IMG/VR virus record: IMGVR_UViG_3300036859_000142
Location: 1-55,211 of that record
Direction: 5' to 3' (one strand)
DNA: 55,211 nt
DNA from: a virus
Lineage: Duplodnaviria > Caudoviricetes
A model generated the notes under the pieces. That model had not been told where the DNA came from and did not search any database. It saw only the letters and a list, made by a program, of their open reading frames with translations. The position numbers were made by a program, and so were the translations under genes. Every line of letters begins with the position of its first letter. The first letter of the stretch is position 1. Shown here in pieces: positions 35,486 to 44,025 of this stretch.

Positions 35486-36146
35486 TTTCATTGTTGTGAA
35501 TTGCGATCAGAGATCCGAGGAGTGGCATCTGGCGCGCTGCGGGCGCCTCACTGGTTCCAGGGCTGCGGACGCCATGGCGACGATCAAGAGCGGGGAAGCC
35601 GCAGCCAGACGCGATCTTCGGATGCAGATCGTGTGCGAACGGTTGACCGGTTTCCCTCAAGAGGACGGCTACGTCAACGCTGTGATGCAGAGGGGGATCG
35701 ATATGGAGCCCGCAGCCCTGGCCGCCTACGAAGCCATTACCGGGACGCTGGCGCTGACGACTGGCTTCCTGTCACACACCTCACTGCTCGCGGGTTGTTC
35801 GCTTGACGGGCACGTCGGCGACTACGAAACAGTCGTCAGCTTGAAGTGCCCCAAGTCAGCCACACACCTTCGGTATCTGCGCGATGGCGTGTTCCCGTCC
35901 GAACACCGGCCGCAGATGTTGCACGAGCTCTGGATCTCAGGGGCGAAGTTCTATGACTTCCTGTCGTTTGACGGTCGCATGCCGGCTGGGTTGCAAACCT
36001 TCTGGGTACGTGTCGTGCGCAATGACGAACAAGTAGCGGAGTACGAACGGAAGGCGCTGGCGTTTCTTGCTGAATGCGATACCGAGACGCAAGCCATTCG
36101 CACCCTCGCCAATGTGAAAGCTCAACTCCAGGCGGCGGTCGCATGA
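35472..36146 (+). CDS. YqaJ/lambda-exonuclease-family recombination nuclease
   Basis: QRSEEW..AR.G.LTGS...M.RG...EP.A...Y...GCSLDG.V.....LKCP. Confidence 0.92.
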   Translation: MPQRNFIVVNCDQRSEEWHLARCGRLTGSRAADAMATIKSGEAAARRDLRMQIVCERLTGFPQEDGYVNAVMQRGIDMEPAALAAYEAITGTLALTTGFLSHTSLLAGCSLDGHVGDYETVVSLKCPKSATHLRYLRDGVFPSEHRPQMLHELWISGAKFYDFLSFDGRMPAGLQTFWVRVVRNDEQVAEYERKALAFLAECDTETQAIRTLANVKAQLQAAVA

Positions 36147-36454
36147 ACCTTCCAACTGTTCCGCCGAACCGTGAAATCCGAGAAGGCGATCTACGCCCGC
36201 GCGAGTCGACGGCCGTGGATCTCAGCGGCTTAGAACAATCCGTTGATGACATTTGCGCCCTAGTGGATCGCCTCCGCGAAGAGCGGGCCGACTTACTGGA
36301 AGCCGTGCGCGCGGGAGGTCGTTATGCAGAGGCGCTAATGAGTTTTCAAAACCAGGGCCTGAACGGCCAGATGGGCACGGACGAACTCGAACGCCTCTTT
36401 ATGGACTGGTACGAAAAGGGCGGCGCTGCCATCGCAAAGGCGGAAGGCCGATGA
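36143..36454 (+). CDS. Hypothetical protein (AAIAKAEGR C-terminus)
   Basis: Coupled ORF. Confidence 0.6.
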   Translation: MNLPTVPPNREIREGDLRPRESTAVDLSGLEQSVDDICALVDRLREERADLLEAVRAGGRYAEALMSFQNQGLNGQMGTDELERLFMDWYEKGGAAIAKAEGR

Positions 36455-36642
36455 AACGCGGCTATTGCCTTGAATGCAACGCCATGTATGAAGCCCCAAC
36501 GGTTGAAGACGGCCTCTGTCCCAAGTGCCTGGCGTTAGGACCAAAGAACGATCCCTCAGCGTATGACGATCCCTTTCCGTGGAAGTACTCAAGGGAAGCG
36601 CTGCGTGAACGGCTTGGTGTCTCTGGAGACAAGGACGAGTAA
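36451..36642 (+). CDS. Small Zn-finger protein
   Basis: CLEC...CPKC. Confidence 0.55.
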   Translation: MKRGYCLECNAMYEAPTVEDGLCPKCLALGPKNDPSAYDDPFPWKYSREALRERLGVSGDKDE

Positions 36643-37052
36643 TGCCGGCGTCTCCGAAACCTGCCCGCGGCACGTTGGTGCTTGAACGTGAAGCCCGGCG
36701 GAAAGCGATCAAGGACGACGAGATCGCCGTGTCCAAAGCCGTGAAGGAACGTGACCACTATCGCTGCCGGTGGCCTGAAGCCCATAAGTGCAGAGGCGGA
36801 CTCGAGGCGGCACATATTCGAGACAAGTCGCTGTGCGGACCAACGATCACCAGCAACGAAATTACCTTCTGCGCCTGGATCCACCGCCGCGGCCCGCACT
36901 CCATTCACGGGAAGCAATTGAAAGTCACGTGCGACACGCCAGACGGCGCGGACGGACCCTGCGGTTTTTGGAAACAGGCCAGCGACAGTTCGTATGACGG
37001 GTATTACCTGGTTGCTCGCGAACGGGCGATCGGGATTTTAGAACACGACTGA
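36642..37052 (+). CDS. HNH/NinG-like nuclease
   Basis: VKERD.YRC...C...LEAAHI....N....C...H...H. Confidence 0.65.
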   Translation: MPASPKPARGTLVLEREARRKAIKDDEIAVSKAVKERDHYRCRWPEAHKCRGGLEAAHIRDKSLCGPTITSNEITFCAWIHRRGPHSIHGKQLKVTCDTPDGADGPCGFWKQASDSSYDGYYLVARERAIGILEHD

Positions 37053-37258
37053 GGTTGTCAGGCTTGGTAGAGGACGAGGAAGGACACCGGCTGTCGTCGG
37101 TGCTTGTTCGATCCAGCCTTGACCACATTTTGTAAGGAAGTAAACGCGGGCGGGTGCGTTCTAGCTTGGCGGCACGACGCACCCCACCCGACCACGACGA
37201 CCCGAGTAGGAGCGTTCATGGCGGTGGGAATTCTATCTATTTGCGTGAGGTTGCGACA

Positions 37259-38170
37259 GTGAGTCGTCTCGCGCAGCGCGTCGCAACTGACGTCGCGAAG
37301 CGGACGCCGATCGGTAAGCTCCGCAGCGAGTTAGCCCGCCTCTCAACCCCTACGGACGCACTTGATCTTGCCCAGCGCGCGTCGCGTGCCAAGCAAATCT
37401 ATCAAGCGATCGGCGCCAGCATCGAAGAGTGCAACCAATTCGCTGAGGTCTACCTCGGGGCGTATTGGAAATTCGGCGAGCTGGTCAAGGACAACCCCGA
37501 AGGTCGGCCCAGAAAACTACTCACCGATACGCAGTTTCCTGGTAGCCGGACTCAGCGCCAATACGGAAAGAGGCTGCAATCGGCGATCAAGGAATCAGAT
37601 ATTCCTGATTACGTCCGTAAGGCAACTGAGGATCTGGAGCCTGCCTCGATCGCCGGCTGCCTTGAGTGGATCGACCCAGGCCGACACGGAAATCTGAAGG
37701 GCGAGTACGAATGGTACACCCCGCCCGAGATCATTGAAACGGCGCGCGAGGTGCTTGGGGCAATAGACCTCGACCCCGCCTCCTGTGATGAAGCCCAGGA
37801 GACGGTGAAGGCCACGACGTTCTACACCGAAGAAGAGAACGGCCTTGAGCGCGAGTGGTCAGGTCGGGTGTTTCTCAATCCCCCATTCGCGCACCCGACG
37901 GTCAAGTACTTCGCCGAGAAGTTGCTGGCGTCGTTCTCCACCGGTGCGGTCCAGCAAGCGGTCTATCTCTCAAATGCCTGCACGGACACCGGTTGGTGGC
38001 AGGGGTTGGCGGCGCACGGCCTTGTGTGTTTCCCAGAGGGACGGATCAAATTTAAGGGGCCTCTCGATCAAGGCCAATCACCCACATTAGGACAAACACT
38101 GATCTATCTCGGAGAGAACACGGACAAGTTCAGGGAGGTATTCGGCAAGTTCGGCGTGGTGTTGTCGTGA
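37259..38170 (+). CDS. DNA N6-adenine methyltransferase (phage Dam-like) with N-terminal extension
   Basis: EWYTP.EII...R.VLG.IDLDPAS...GL...W.GRVFLNPPF...GRIKF. Confidence 0.9.
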   Translation: MSRLAQRVATDVAKRTPIGKLRSELARLSTPTDALDLAQRASRAKQIYQAIGASIEECNQFAEVYLGAYWKFGELVKDNPEGRPRKLLTDTQFPGSRTQRQYGKRLQSAIKESDIPDYVRKATEDLEPASIAGCLEWIDPGRHGNLKGEYEWYTPPEIIETAREVLGAIDLDPASCDEAQETVKATTFYTEEENGLEREWSGRVFLNPPFAHPTVKYFAEKLLASFSTGAVQQAVYLSNACTDTGWWQGLAAHGLVCFPEGRIKFKGPLDQGQSPTLGQTLIYLGENTDKFREVFGKFGVVLS

Positions 38171-38700
38171 AGTTCGAGAACCTCGCCAGCTACCGGAAGG
38201 GGCGCATTGGCGAACAGATCGTCGACGACTGGTTGATCGCTGACGCTTGGGTGCCGTATCGGCCACAGGAAGGCGTGGCGCACCCATTTGATCGCCTCAT
38301 GGCGAGTCGGGACAAGCAACGACTCTGTATCGTGGAAGTGAAGACAAAACCACACCGCAACGCCTACATGGATACCGGGATCAACCGCAGCCACTTTGGT
38401 GATTACGGGCGCGTCACGATCAAGCACGACGTGCCGTTGTTTCTGGCCTTCGTGGACGAGAACACGCGATCGATCTACGGCAATTGGTGGACGGAACTTC
38501 TACGAACGAGAGAGGCGGACCGCGAGAGCGCGCGACACGGTTGCACAAGTTACCCCTGGTTTCATGGCGGGCAAGTGTATTTCCAACTCGCAATCATGCG
38601 GACGATTAAGCACCTCAACGATCAACAGTGCGGCGAACTCAGGGCACTTCGGAAGACGGCTTGGGTAGACACCGCTGAGGGCGCGGCGGTCTCGAAGTAG
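38167..38700 (+). CDS. PD-(D/E)XK nuclease-like protein
   Basis: GRIGE..V...HPFD........IVEVKTK; GTGA overlap with the MTase. Confidence 0.7.
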   Translation: MKFENLASYRKGRIGEQIVDDWLIADAWVPYRPQEGVAHPFDRLMASRDKQRLCIVEVKTKPHRNAYMDTGINRSHFGDYGRVTIKHDVPLFLAFVDENTRSIYGNWWTELLRTREADRESARHGCTSYPWFHGGQVYFQLAIMRTIKHLNDQQCGELRALRKTAWVDTAEGAAVSK

Positions 38701-39020
38701 GCGCTCTCGCTCGTAGGAAAGCTACGCAAAGGACCGCGCGAGCGGTGCCGGTTGTGTTAAGGGGACCAAAGGATGAACGGATCGCGGGGCGTGTAGCGTT
38801 CGCGGATCGTGCGGTGCAATTCCGCACCCGGCACCTAACCAGGGGTGCTGTCCTCCCCGCCGCTGAGGCGTCGTCGTAAGGGCCTAACGTGGCGGCCCAG
38901 CACACAAAAAGCCACTACATAGCGCGTACGACACTGGGGCCTAACGCTTTGAGGGATAGGTAAAAGCCGTCGTGTATTTGTTCTTCACGTAGATCGTTTC
39001 GGATCGTACAGAGGCCCGAA

Positions 39021-39359
39021 TTGTCGCACCGCGCCTTCGAAGAATTTTGGAAACGCTATCCGAGAAAAGTCGGAAAGCTCGCCGCGAAACGAAAGTGGGA
39101 CGCCTTGAATCCTGGCCCGATTGTGATCGCGCAGATCATGGATACCCTCGCCTGGCAGATCGAGGAGTGGACGGATCCGCGGTTCATTCCACACCCGGCG
39201 ACGTGGTTATTTCAAGGCCGCTACTTGGACGAACGGCCGGCGGTGCAGGCCGAAGACTCCGAGAGTTACCTGGAACGCATTGGCTTTTGCTTCCACGATC
39301 CCAAGTGCAAAGACTCCGACGTGTGCCGAGCGAAACGCGCGGCGGAGAAACGCGCGTGA
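39021..39359 (+). CDS. Replication-initiator C-terminal-like small protein
   Basis: FEEFWKRYPRKVGK.AA...W...FIPHPATWL..GRY.DE. Confidence 0.8.
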   Translation: MSHRAFEEFWKRYPRKVGKLAAKRKWDALNPGPIVIAQIMDTLAWQIEEWTDPRFIPHPATWLFQGRYLDERPAVQAEDSESYLERIGFCFHDPKCKDSDVCRAKRAAEKRA

Positions 39360-39592
39360 CGATTCACAACGTTGAATGCCCCAGGTGTTGGCAGGCGACC
39401 TCGGCGCATCTGCACCCCTCTTACGGTTGGTCCATCTTGCCTTGGAGGAGTTGAAAGTGGTGCGCGCCCAACGTATGACTGCGTCCAGCTCGCGGCTGTC
39501 CGGGTTATCTATCAGGGCTGCGGACGGCCGTTTGACATGACGCATCCGAAGGAATTTTGCAAAGACTGCACGGTGGGGACACAGGAGCCGTC

Positions 39593-39970
39593 ATGAGCCA
39601 AACGTTTTGCGATGTCGATTTTAGCGATGAGAGCGCGGACGCCGATCCAGTCGAGTTCCACGACACAACGACGCCAACAGCCCGCAAGGATTACGTCTGC
39701 GATGAATGCCGAGAGCCGATTTGTAAGGGCGACAAGTACCAGAAGACGGCGTTTAAGTTTGAGGGGAAGCTCGGCGTGGACCGGCTCTGCGCGTCGTGTG
39801 CGGAAGCGAAGGCCGAATTTGAATACCACATGTATGGCGGCGACTTCTGGGCGCATATGCGCGAGCAGTGGGACAACGGAGCCAACGTGCAGGGCTGTAT
39901 CAATCGGTTGACGACGATGCGCGCCAAGGACTTAATGCACCGGCAGTGGTTGAAATGGAAAGGTCTGTGA
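39593..39970 (+). CDS. Conserved phage Zn-binding hypothetical protein
   Basis: ARK.Y.C.EC...I..G..Y...C..C; AGGAG SD. Confidence 0.7.
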   Translation: MSQTFCDVDFSDESADADPVEFHDTTTPTARKDYVCDECREPICKGDKYQKTAFKFEGKLGVDRLCASCAEAKAEFEYHMYGGDFWAHMREQWDNGANVQGCINRLTTMRAKDLMHRQWLKWKGL

Positions 39971-40067
39971 GGCTTCCGCCTCCTGAGGAGCCGTCATGAG
40001 CCACCAGACGCAAAAAGAGGTAATTATGGCTTTCACAAACCCAGCTAGAGAAAAACCGTCTTTAGCC

Positions 40068-40109
40068 TCAGACCGCGCCTTGAACCTTCCAGTAGTCGGG
40101 CTTCTTGAA
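40068..40109 (-). pseudogene. Displaced C-terminal tail of the NYN gene
   Basis: Reads FKKPDYWKVQGAV-stop; joins HPTSGHT after removing the IS and one 8-bp flank. Confidence 0.7.
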
Positions 40110-40157
40110 GGGAATTATATACTTGACTCCCGTGGTCATTTCGAGCCATAATCCTCT

Positions 40158-41087
40158 ATGTCGAAAAGCACTATTTCCACCTTCCAATTGTTCGAGCGGT
40201 TCCCCGATAAGGAATCCGCCCGCGTCTATTTCGAGAAGCGGCTGTGGCCGAACGGCGTCGTCTGCCCGGTCTGCAAGAGCGGCGACCGGATCACCGTCAG
40301 GAAGGGCGGCTACTACCGCTGTAACGCCTGTAGCGAGGACTTCACCGTCCGCACGGGCACCGTCATGGAGCGCAGCCATATCCCGCTCCACAAGTGGCTC
40401 TACGCCATGTACCTGCTCGTCACGGCCCGCAAGGGCATCAGCTCCATGCAGCTCGCCAAGGAAATCGGCGTGACCCAGAAGTCCGCCTGGTTCATGCTCC
40501 ACCGGTTGCGCGAAGCCTGCGGCGGGAAGAACCTGACGAAGTTGCGCGGCATCATCGAAATCGATGAGTGCTTCGTCGGCGGGCTGGAAGGCAACAAGCA
40601 CGCGCACAAGAAACTGCACGCGGGGCGCGGGCCAGTCGGCAAAACGGCCGTACTCGGGATGCGCGAGCGCGGCGGGCGCACGCTGGCGCGTCCCTCGCAG
40701 CAGATGACCTTTGACGAAATCCACGGCTCGATTCACGAGCAGATCGAAGTCGGGTCGCAGCTCTACACCGACGATCACGCCATCTTCGACGGTCTGGACG
40801 GGCTGTTCTACCGTCACGACACGATCAACCACTCCACCGGGGAATACGCACGCGGCGACGCGCACACGAACAGCATCGAAAGCGTTTGGGCGGTTCTGAA
40901 GCGCGGGCTGATGGGTGTCTATCATCAGGTCAGCCCGAAGCATCTCGGCCGCTACGTGGACGAGTTCACGTTCCGGCTGAACGAGGGCAACGTCAAAATC
41001 CACACGCTTGACCGGCTCGATTCGTTCGTGAGCGGCATGGCCGACAAGCGGCTCACCTACAAGAGGCTCATCGCATGTCAAAACTGA
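40158..41087 (+). CDS. IS1595-family (ISXO2-like) transposase
   Basis: Zn ribbon CPVC...CNAC, KGISSMQL HTH, IEIDE, YTDD, HTNSIES.W...K, Y.DEF.FR.N; leaderless TTGACT..CATAAT promoter. Confidence 0.96.
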   Translation: MSKSTISTFQLFERFPDKESARVYFEKRLWPNGVVCPVCKSGDRITVRKGGYYRCNACSEDFTVRTGTVMERSHIPLHKWLYAMYLLVTARKGISSMQLAKEIGVTQKSAWFMLHRLREACGGKNLTKLRGIIEIDECFVGGLEGNKHAHKKLHAGRGPVGKTAVLGMRERGGRTLARPSQQMTFDEIHGSIHEQIEVGSQLYTDDHAIFDGLDGLFYRHDTINHSTGEYARGDAHTNSIESVWAVLKRGLMGVYHQVSPKHLGRYVDEFTFRLNEGNVKIHTLDRLDSFVSGMADKRLTYKRLIACQN

Positions 41088-41206
41088 AAACGCCGAAGGC
41101 TCTGGACGCCATCGCGGACCTGGTGCTGGCCTACCGGCCGAAGGCGAAGTCGAAACCGGCGCGGCGACGGAAGCGCCAAGCCACGAAGATCGCCAAGGCG
41201 AAATAA
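41075..41206 (+). CDS. Small basic IS-associated protein (43 aa)
   Basis: MSKLKTPKALDAIADLVLAYRPKAK... Confidence 0.6.
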   Translation: MSKLKTPKALDAIADLVLAYRPKAKSKPARRRKRQATKIAKAK

Positions 41207-41207
41207 C

Positions 41208-41942
41208 GTGCTGGTGCTCTCTCTCTTTCCTGGTATTGGCTTGCTCGACATGGCGTTCGAGCAAGAAGGGTTTTGCATCGTGCGCGGACCTGATGCGCTG
41301 TGGGGCGGCGACGTGGCGCTGTTCCATCCGCCTGCGGACAAGTTCGACGGAATTATCGGCGGGCCGCCCTGCCAAAGCCATAGCCGCTTCAGGCATCTGG
41401 CGGAAGCAACCGGCAAGAGCACCGCGCCGGATTTGATTCCCGAGTTCGAGCGGTGCGTAGCTGAGGCGCGGCCGTCCTGGTTCCTGATGGAGAACGTGAT
41501 CGACTCGCCCGAGCCCGTTGTCGAAGGCTACAAGGCGTTCCGGTTCATCCTGCAAAACCGGCATCTGGGCGAAATCCAGAATCGAGAACGCGCGTTTACC
41601 TTCGGGACAACCGGAGCGCGCCAGGACCTGCGCCGCTACATTCAGCTCGCGCCGTTGGAGAACGTCGAATGGTGCGGGGCGATCCTCGCATCTGGCGGCC
41701 GGCGACCAGGCACGGAGTCCCGCCGCGGTAAAACGCAGGGCGCTTGGCACGGCTTCGTCGGGCCGCGCGAGTTCGCCCACGCGCTGAAGGCGCAAGGACT
41801 GCCCGAAGATTTCCTGGCTGACTCGCCCTTCAAGATGAAGGAACGATTTCGAGTCGTCGGCAACGGCGTCCCGCTCCCGATGGGCCGAGCAATCGCCCGA
41901 GCCGTGCGGGAAGCGACCGAGCGCCGGAAGCAGACGGCCTGA
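41208..41942 (+). CDS. DNA (cytosine-5) methyltransferase, IS passenger
   Basis: Motif I SLFPGIG, IV GGPPCQ, VI MENV, VIII QNRER, X VGNGVP. Confidence 0.93.
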   Translation: MLVLSLFPGIGLLDMAFEQEGFCIVRGPDALWGGDVALFHPPADKFDGIIGGPPCQSHSRFRHLAEATGKSTAPDLIPEFERCVAEARPSWFLMENVIDSPEPVVEGYKAFRFILQNRHLGEIQNRERAFTFGTTGARQDLRRYIQLAPLENVEWCGAILASGGRRPGTESRRGKTQGAWHGFVGPREFAHALKAQGLPEDFLADSPFKMKERFRVVGNGVPLPMGRAIARAVREATERRKQTA

Positions 41943-41979
41943 GTTACGATTATGCGAGGGAGTCATGTATATAATTCCC

Positions 41980-42605
41980 TTCAAGAAGGTGTGCCCGGAA
42001 GTGGGATGAACAACGTCGTCAGGGAAATGGCAGAACTTGAGGAAATCGGTGGGAAGGTTCTTCCCGCTCGTCGCAGCTTGCCGCAATTCAGAGGCGTGCC
42101 TTTCATCGACGCCGTCCCTGGTAGGCGCGTAGACAACGACCCGCTTGAGGGGAAAGCGTTCCCGAATTACTTTAACCACCGGCACAAGGTCAGAGTCGCC
42201 GCTGACGAGAATCAACCGGTCAGACAGGTCGCGATATGCGTCGTCCATCATTTGCACAGCGATAGCTACGTCGGTTCGCTTTTCTTCCGGCTTGGTGAAG
42301 AAGCGATCACCAGTCAATGTGCAGCCCGGATGGGTGCAGTTGACCTTCTTTTCTTTAAACTTGCCCACGACGACATTTACCGATGGCAGCGTGCTCAGCG
42401 CGCCAATGTACGAGTACTGCCGAACTTGGGCGACCCCCGAGACGATGGATGTGAAGAAGCGGATATGGCGGATGTCGTCGTCTTTTCTAAGGCGACGACA
42501 AAATTCGGCCAGATTCAGCCACTTGTGCGGGGTGCCCTTGATGGCTCCGTAGTAGAAATTGAAGCCGTCAATGTAGACGATGGAGCGGTTGGCTGGAGTG
42601 GTCAA
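41980..42605 (-). CDS. NYN/LabA-like (PIN-fold) ribonuclease, interrupted near its C-terminus by the IS
   Basis: VYIDGFNFYYG, EEKRTDVAIA..M..DA, ILVSGDSDLVP. Confidence 0.92.
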
Positions 42606-42656
42606 AAAAATGGGCGGTCCTTGTCGAACCGCCCGCCGGCCCCTCTTGAGGGCCGG
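42604..42656 (-). terminator. Two-hairpin leader ending in an intrinsic terminator that overlaps the NYN start codon
   Basis: CCGGCCC/GGGCCGG hairpin, then GGGCGGT/ACCGCCC hairpin plus A and T7; the TTG start lies at the end of the T-run. Confidence 0.7.
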
Positions 42657-42670
42657 GGAGTCGTATCCGA

Positions 42671-42699
42671 ATGCTAAGCGGCAATGACCGCGTTGTCAA
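42671..42699 (-). promoter_or_regulatory. Sigma70 promoter for the NYN leader
   Basis: TTGACA-17-TAGCAT on the minus strand. Confidence 0.75.
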
Positions 42700-42734
42700 T
42701 CTGTACAGTTTTTCACAATTCAGAAAATTACGCC

Positions 42735-42763
42735 TTGATGAACCCATTGGGTTTGTGTAGTCT
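42735..42763 (+). promoter_or_regulatory. Promoter of the second transposase (leaderless) with a palindromic spacer
   Basis: TTGATG-17-TAGTCT, spacer contains AACCCATTGGGTT; ATG 6 nt downstream. Confidence 0.6.
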
Positions 42764-42769
42764 TAGTGC

Positions 42770-43723
42770 ATGGAAAAGAAGCCGCTGGCGTGGTCGAAAC
42801 TCGGGGCGCATCTAACCGACCCTGACAAGGCGCGGGAATACATGGAATTCCTGCGATGGGGTCAGTCTGGTCCTGCCTGCCCGCGTTGCGGCGGCGCCGA
42901 CCCCTACCGGCTGACGCCTAAGACGACCAGCAACAAGCCCGGTCGCAAGGGTCTATTGAAGTGCCGCGCCTGCCGAAAGCAGTTCACCGTGACGGTGGGC
43001 ACCGTGTTCGAGGATTCACATATTCCCCTTCACAAGTGGTTGCAGGCGATTTACCTGATGGGCGCGTCGAAGAAAGGCATCTCCGCGCATCAGCTCCACC
43101 GGATGCTCGGCGTCACGTACCGCTCGGCGTGGTTCATGGCGCATCGTCTCCGCTACGCAATGGGTGTTCAGCCAATGGCCGACAAGTTGCGCGGCATCGT
43201 CGAAGTCGATGAGGCGTACATCGGCGGCAAGCGCAAGGATGGCCGTGGCCGAGTTCCGGCTGACGGTGGCCGCAAGGTGTCGGTGCTCGCCCTGGTTGAG
43301 CGCAACGGCCGCGCACGTTGCTACCCGGTCGAGAACGTCGATACCAAGACCTTGCACGCCGCGATGATTCAGCATATTGATCCCCTCAACACGGCGGCGA
43401 TCATGACGGACGGCGCTTCGCGCTACGGCGGCGACAAGGTCGGACGTATCCCGCGCCACAGCGTCAACCATCAAGCTGGCGAATTCGTGCGGGGTCAAGC
43501 CCACACGAACTCCGTAGAGGGCTTCTTCTCGCTCTTGAAGCGTGGCATCGTCGGCACGTTCCACCACGTCAGTAAGGGCCATCTGGGGCGCTACGCGACG
43601 GAATTTGAGTTCCGCTACAACAACCGTAAGGTTGGCGATGCGGGCCGTCCTAAGCTGATTGTGGAAGGCGCGGAAGGCAGACGCCTCACCTACAAGCAGC
43701 CAGCTTCAACTAGCACGCATTGA
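42770..43723 (+). CDS. Second IS1595-family transposase
   Basis: CPRC...CRAC, KKGISAHQLHR, VEVDEAY, MTDG, HTNSVEGFFSLLKRG, EFEFRYN. Confidence 0.96.
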   Translation: MEKKPLAWSKLGAHLTDPDKAREYMEFLRWGQSGPACPRCGGADPYRLTPKTTSNKPGRKGLLKCRACRKQFTVTVGTVFEDSHIPLHKWLQAIYLMGASKKGISAHQLHRMLGVTYRSAWFMAHRLRYAMGVQPMADKLRGIVEVDEAYIGGKRKDGRGRVPADGGRKVSVLALVERNGRARCYPVENVDTKTLHAAMIQHIDPLNTAAIMTDGASRYGGDKVGRIPRHSVNHQAGEFVRGQAHTNSVEGFFSLLKRGIVGTFHHVSKGHLGRYATEFEFRYNNRKVGDAGRPKLIVEGAEGRRLTYKQPASTSTH

Positions 43724-43732
43724 GAGAGAGCT

Positions 43733-43769
43733 ATATCGCGGGCGCGTGTGGCACCAAGGCCCGCGATAT
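43733..43769. terminator. Hairpin between the transposase and the convergent tRNA-like element
   Basis: ATATCGCGGGC/GCCCGCGATAT 11-bp stem. Confidence 0.5.
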
Positions 43770-43774
43770 GATGA

Positions 43775-43847
43775 TGGTGGAGGGCAGGGGGATCGGACCC
43801 CTCGCTTGCACGACTCCAGACGCCGCCAGCGGCACCACGCGCCCCCC
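43775..43847 (-). ncRNA. tRNA-like element with alanine identity (pseudo-tRNA)
   Basis: GGGGGGC/GCCCTCC acceptor stem with G3:U70, A73, encoded CCA, T-arm AGGGG-TCCGATC-CCCCT; no canonical D or anticodon stems. Confidence 0.55.
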
Positions 43848-43936
43848 AAACAACGGGCGGGTAGGGTCGAACCTAAGCAGCCGACCCTACCATTCGATTA
43901 ACGCACCCGTGGTGGCGGTCGTGCTAGAATGCGCAC

Positions 43937-44025
43937 GAAGCCACGCAGCTTCACCGCTGCCATCGCGTACCCCGCAGATGAGCTTCAGGGCTGTGCAGTT
44001 CGCACCTGCACAGCCCATTGTTTTT
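43937..44025 (+). ncRNA. Putative small structured RNA with terminator
   Basis: Extended -10 TGCTAGAAT; multibranch GAAGC..GCTTC; 11-bp GGGCTGTGCAG hairpin followed by ATTGTTTTT. Confidence 0.4.

Larger units (their letters stand above)
40110..41979 (+). mobile_element. IS1595-family transporter element with methyltransferase passenger (1870 bp)
   Basis: 22-bp terminal IRs GGGAATTATATACTTGACTCCC / GGGAGTCATGTATATAATTCCC (1 mismatch); 8-bp flanks TTCTTGAA / TTCAAGAA. Confidence 0.9.

Noticed and set aside
40068-42605. 845-aa ORF as a genuine multidomain protein
   Set aside because: Only the first ~208 and last ~12 residues are NYN; the middle is the in-register antisense of the transposase and MTase
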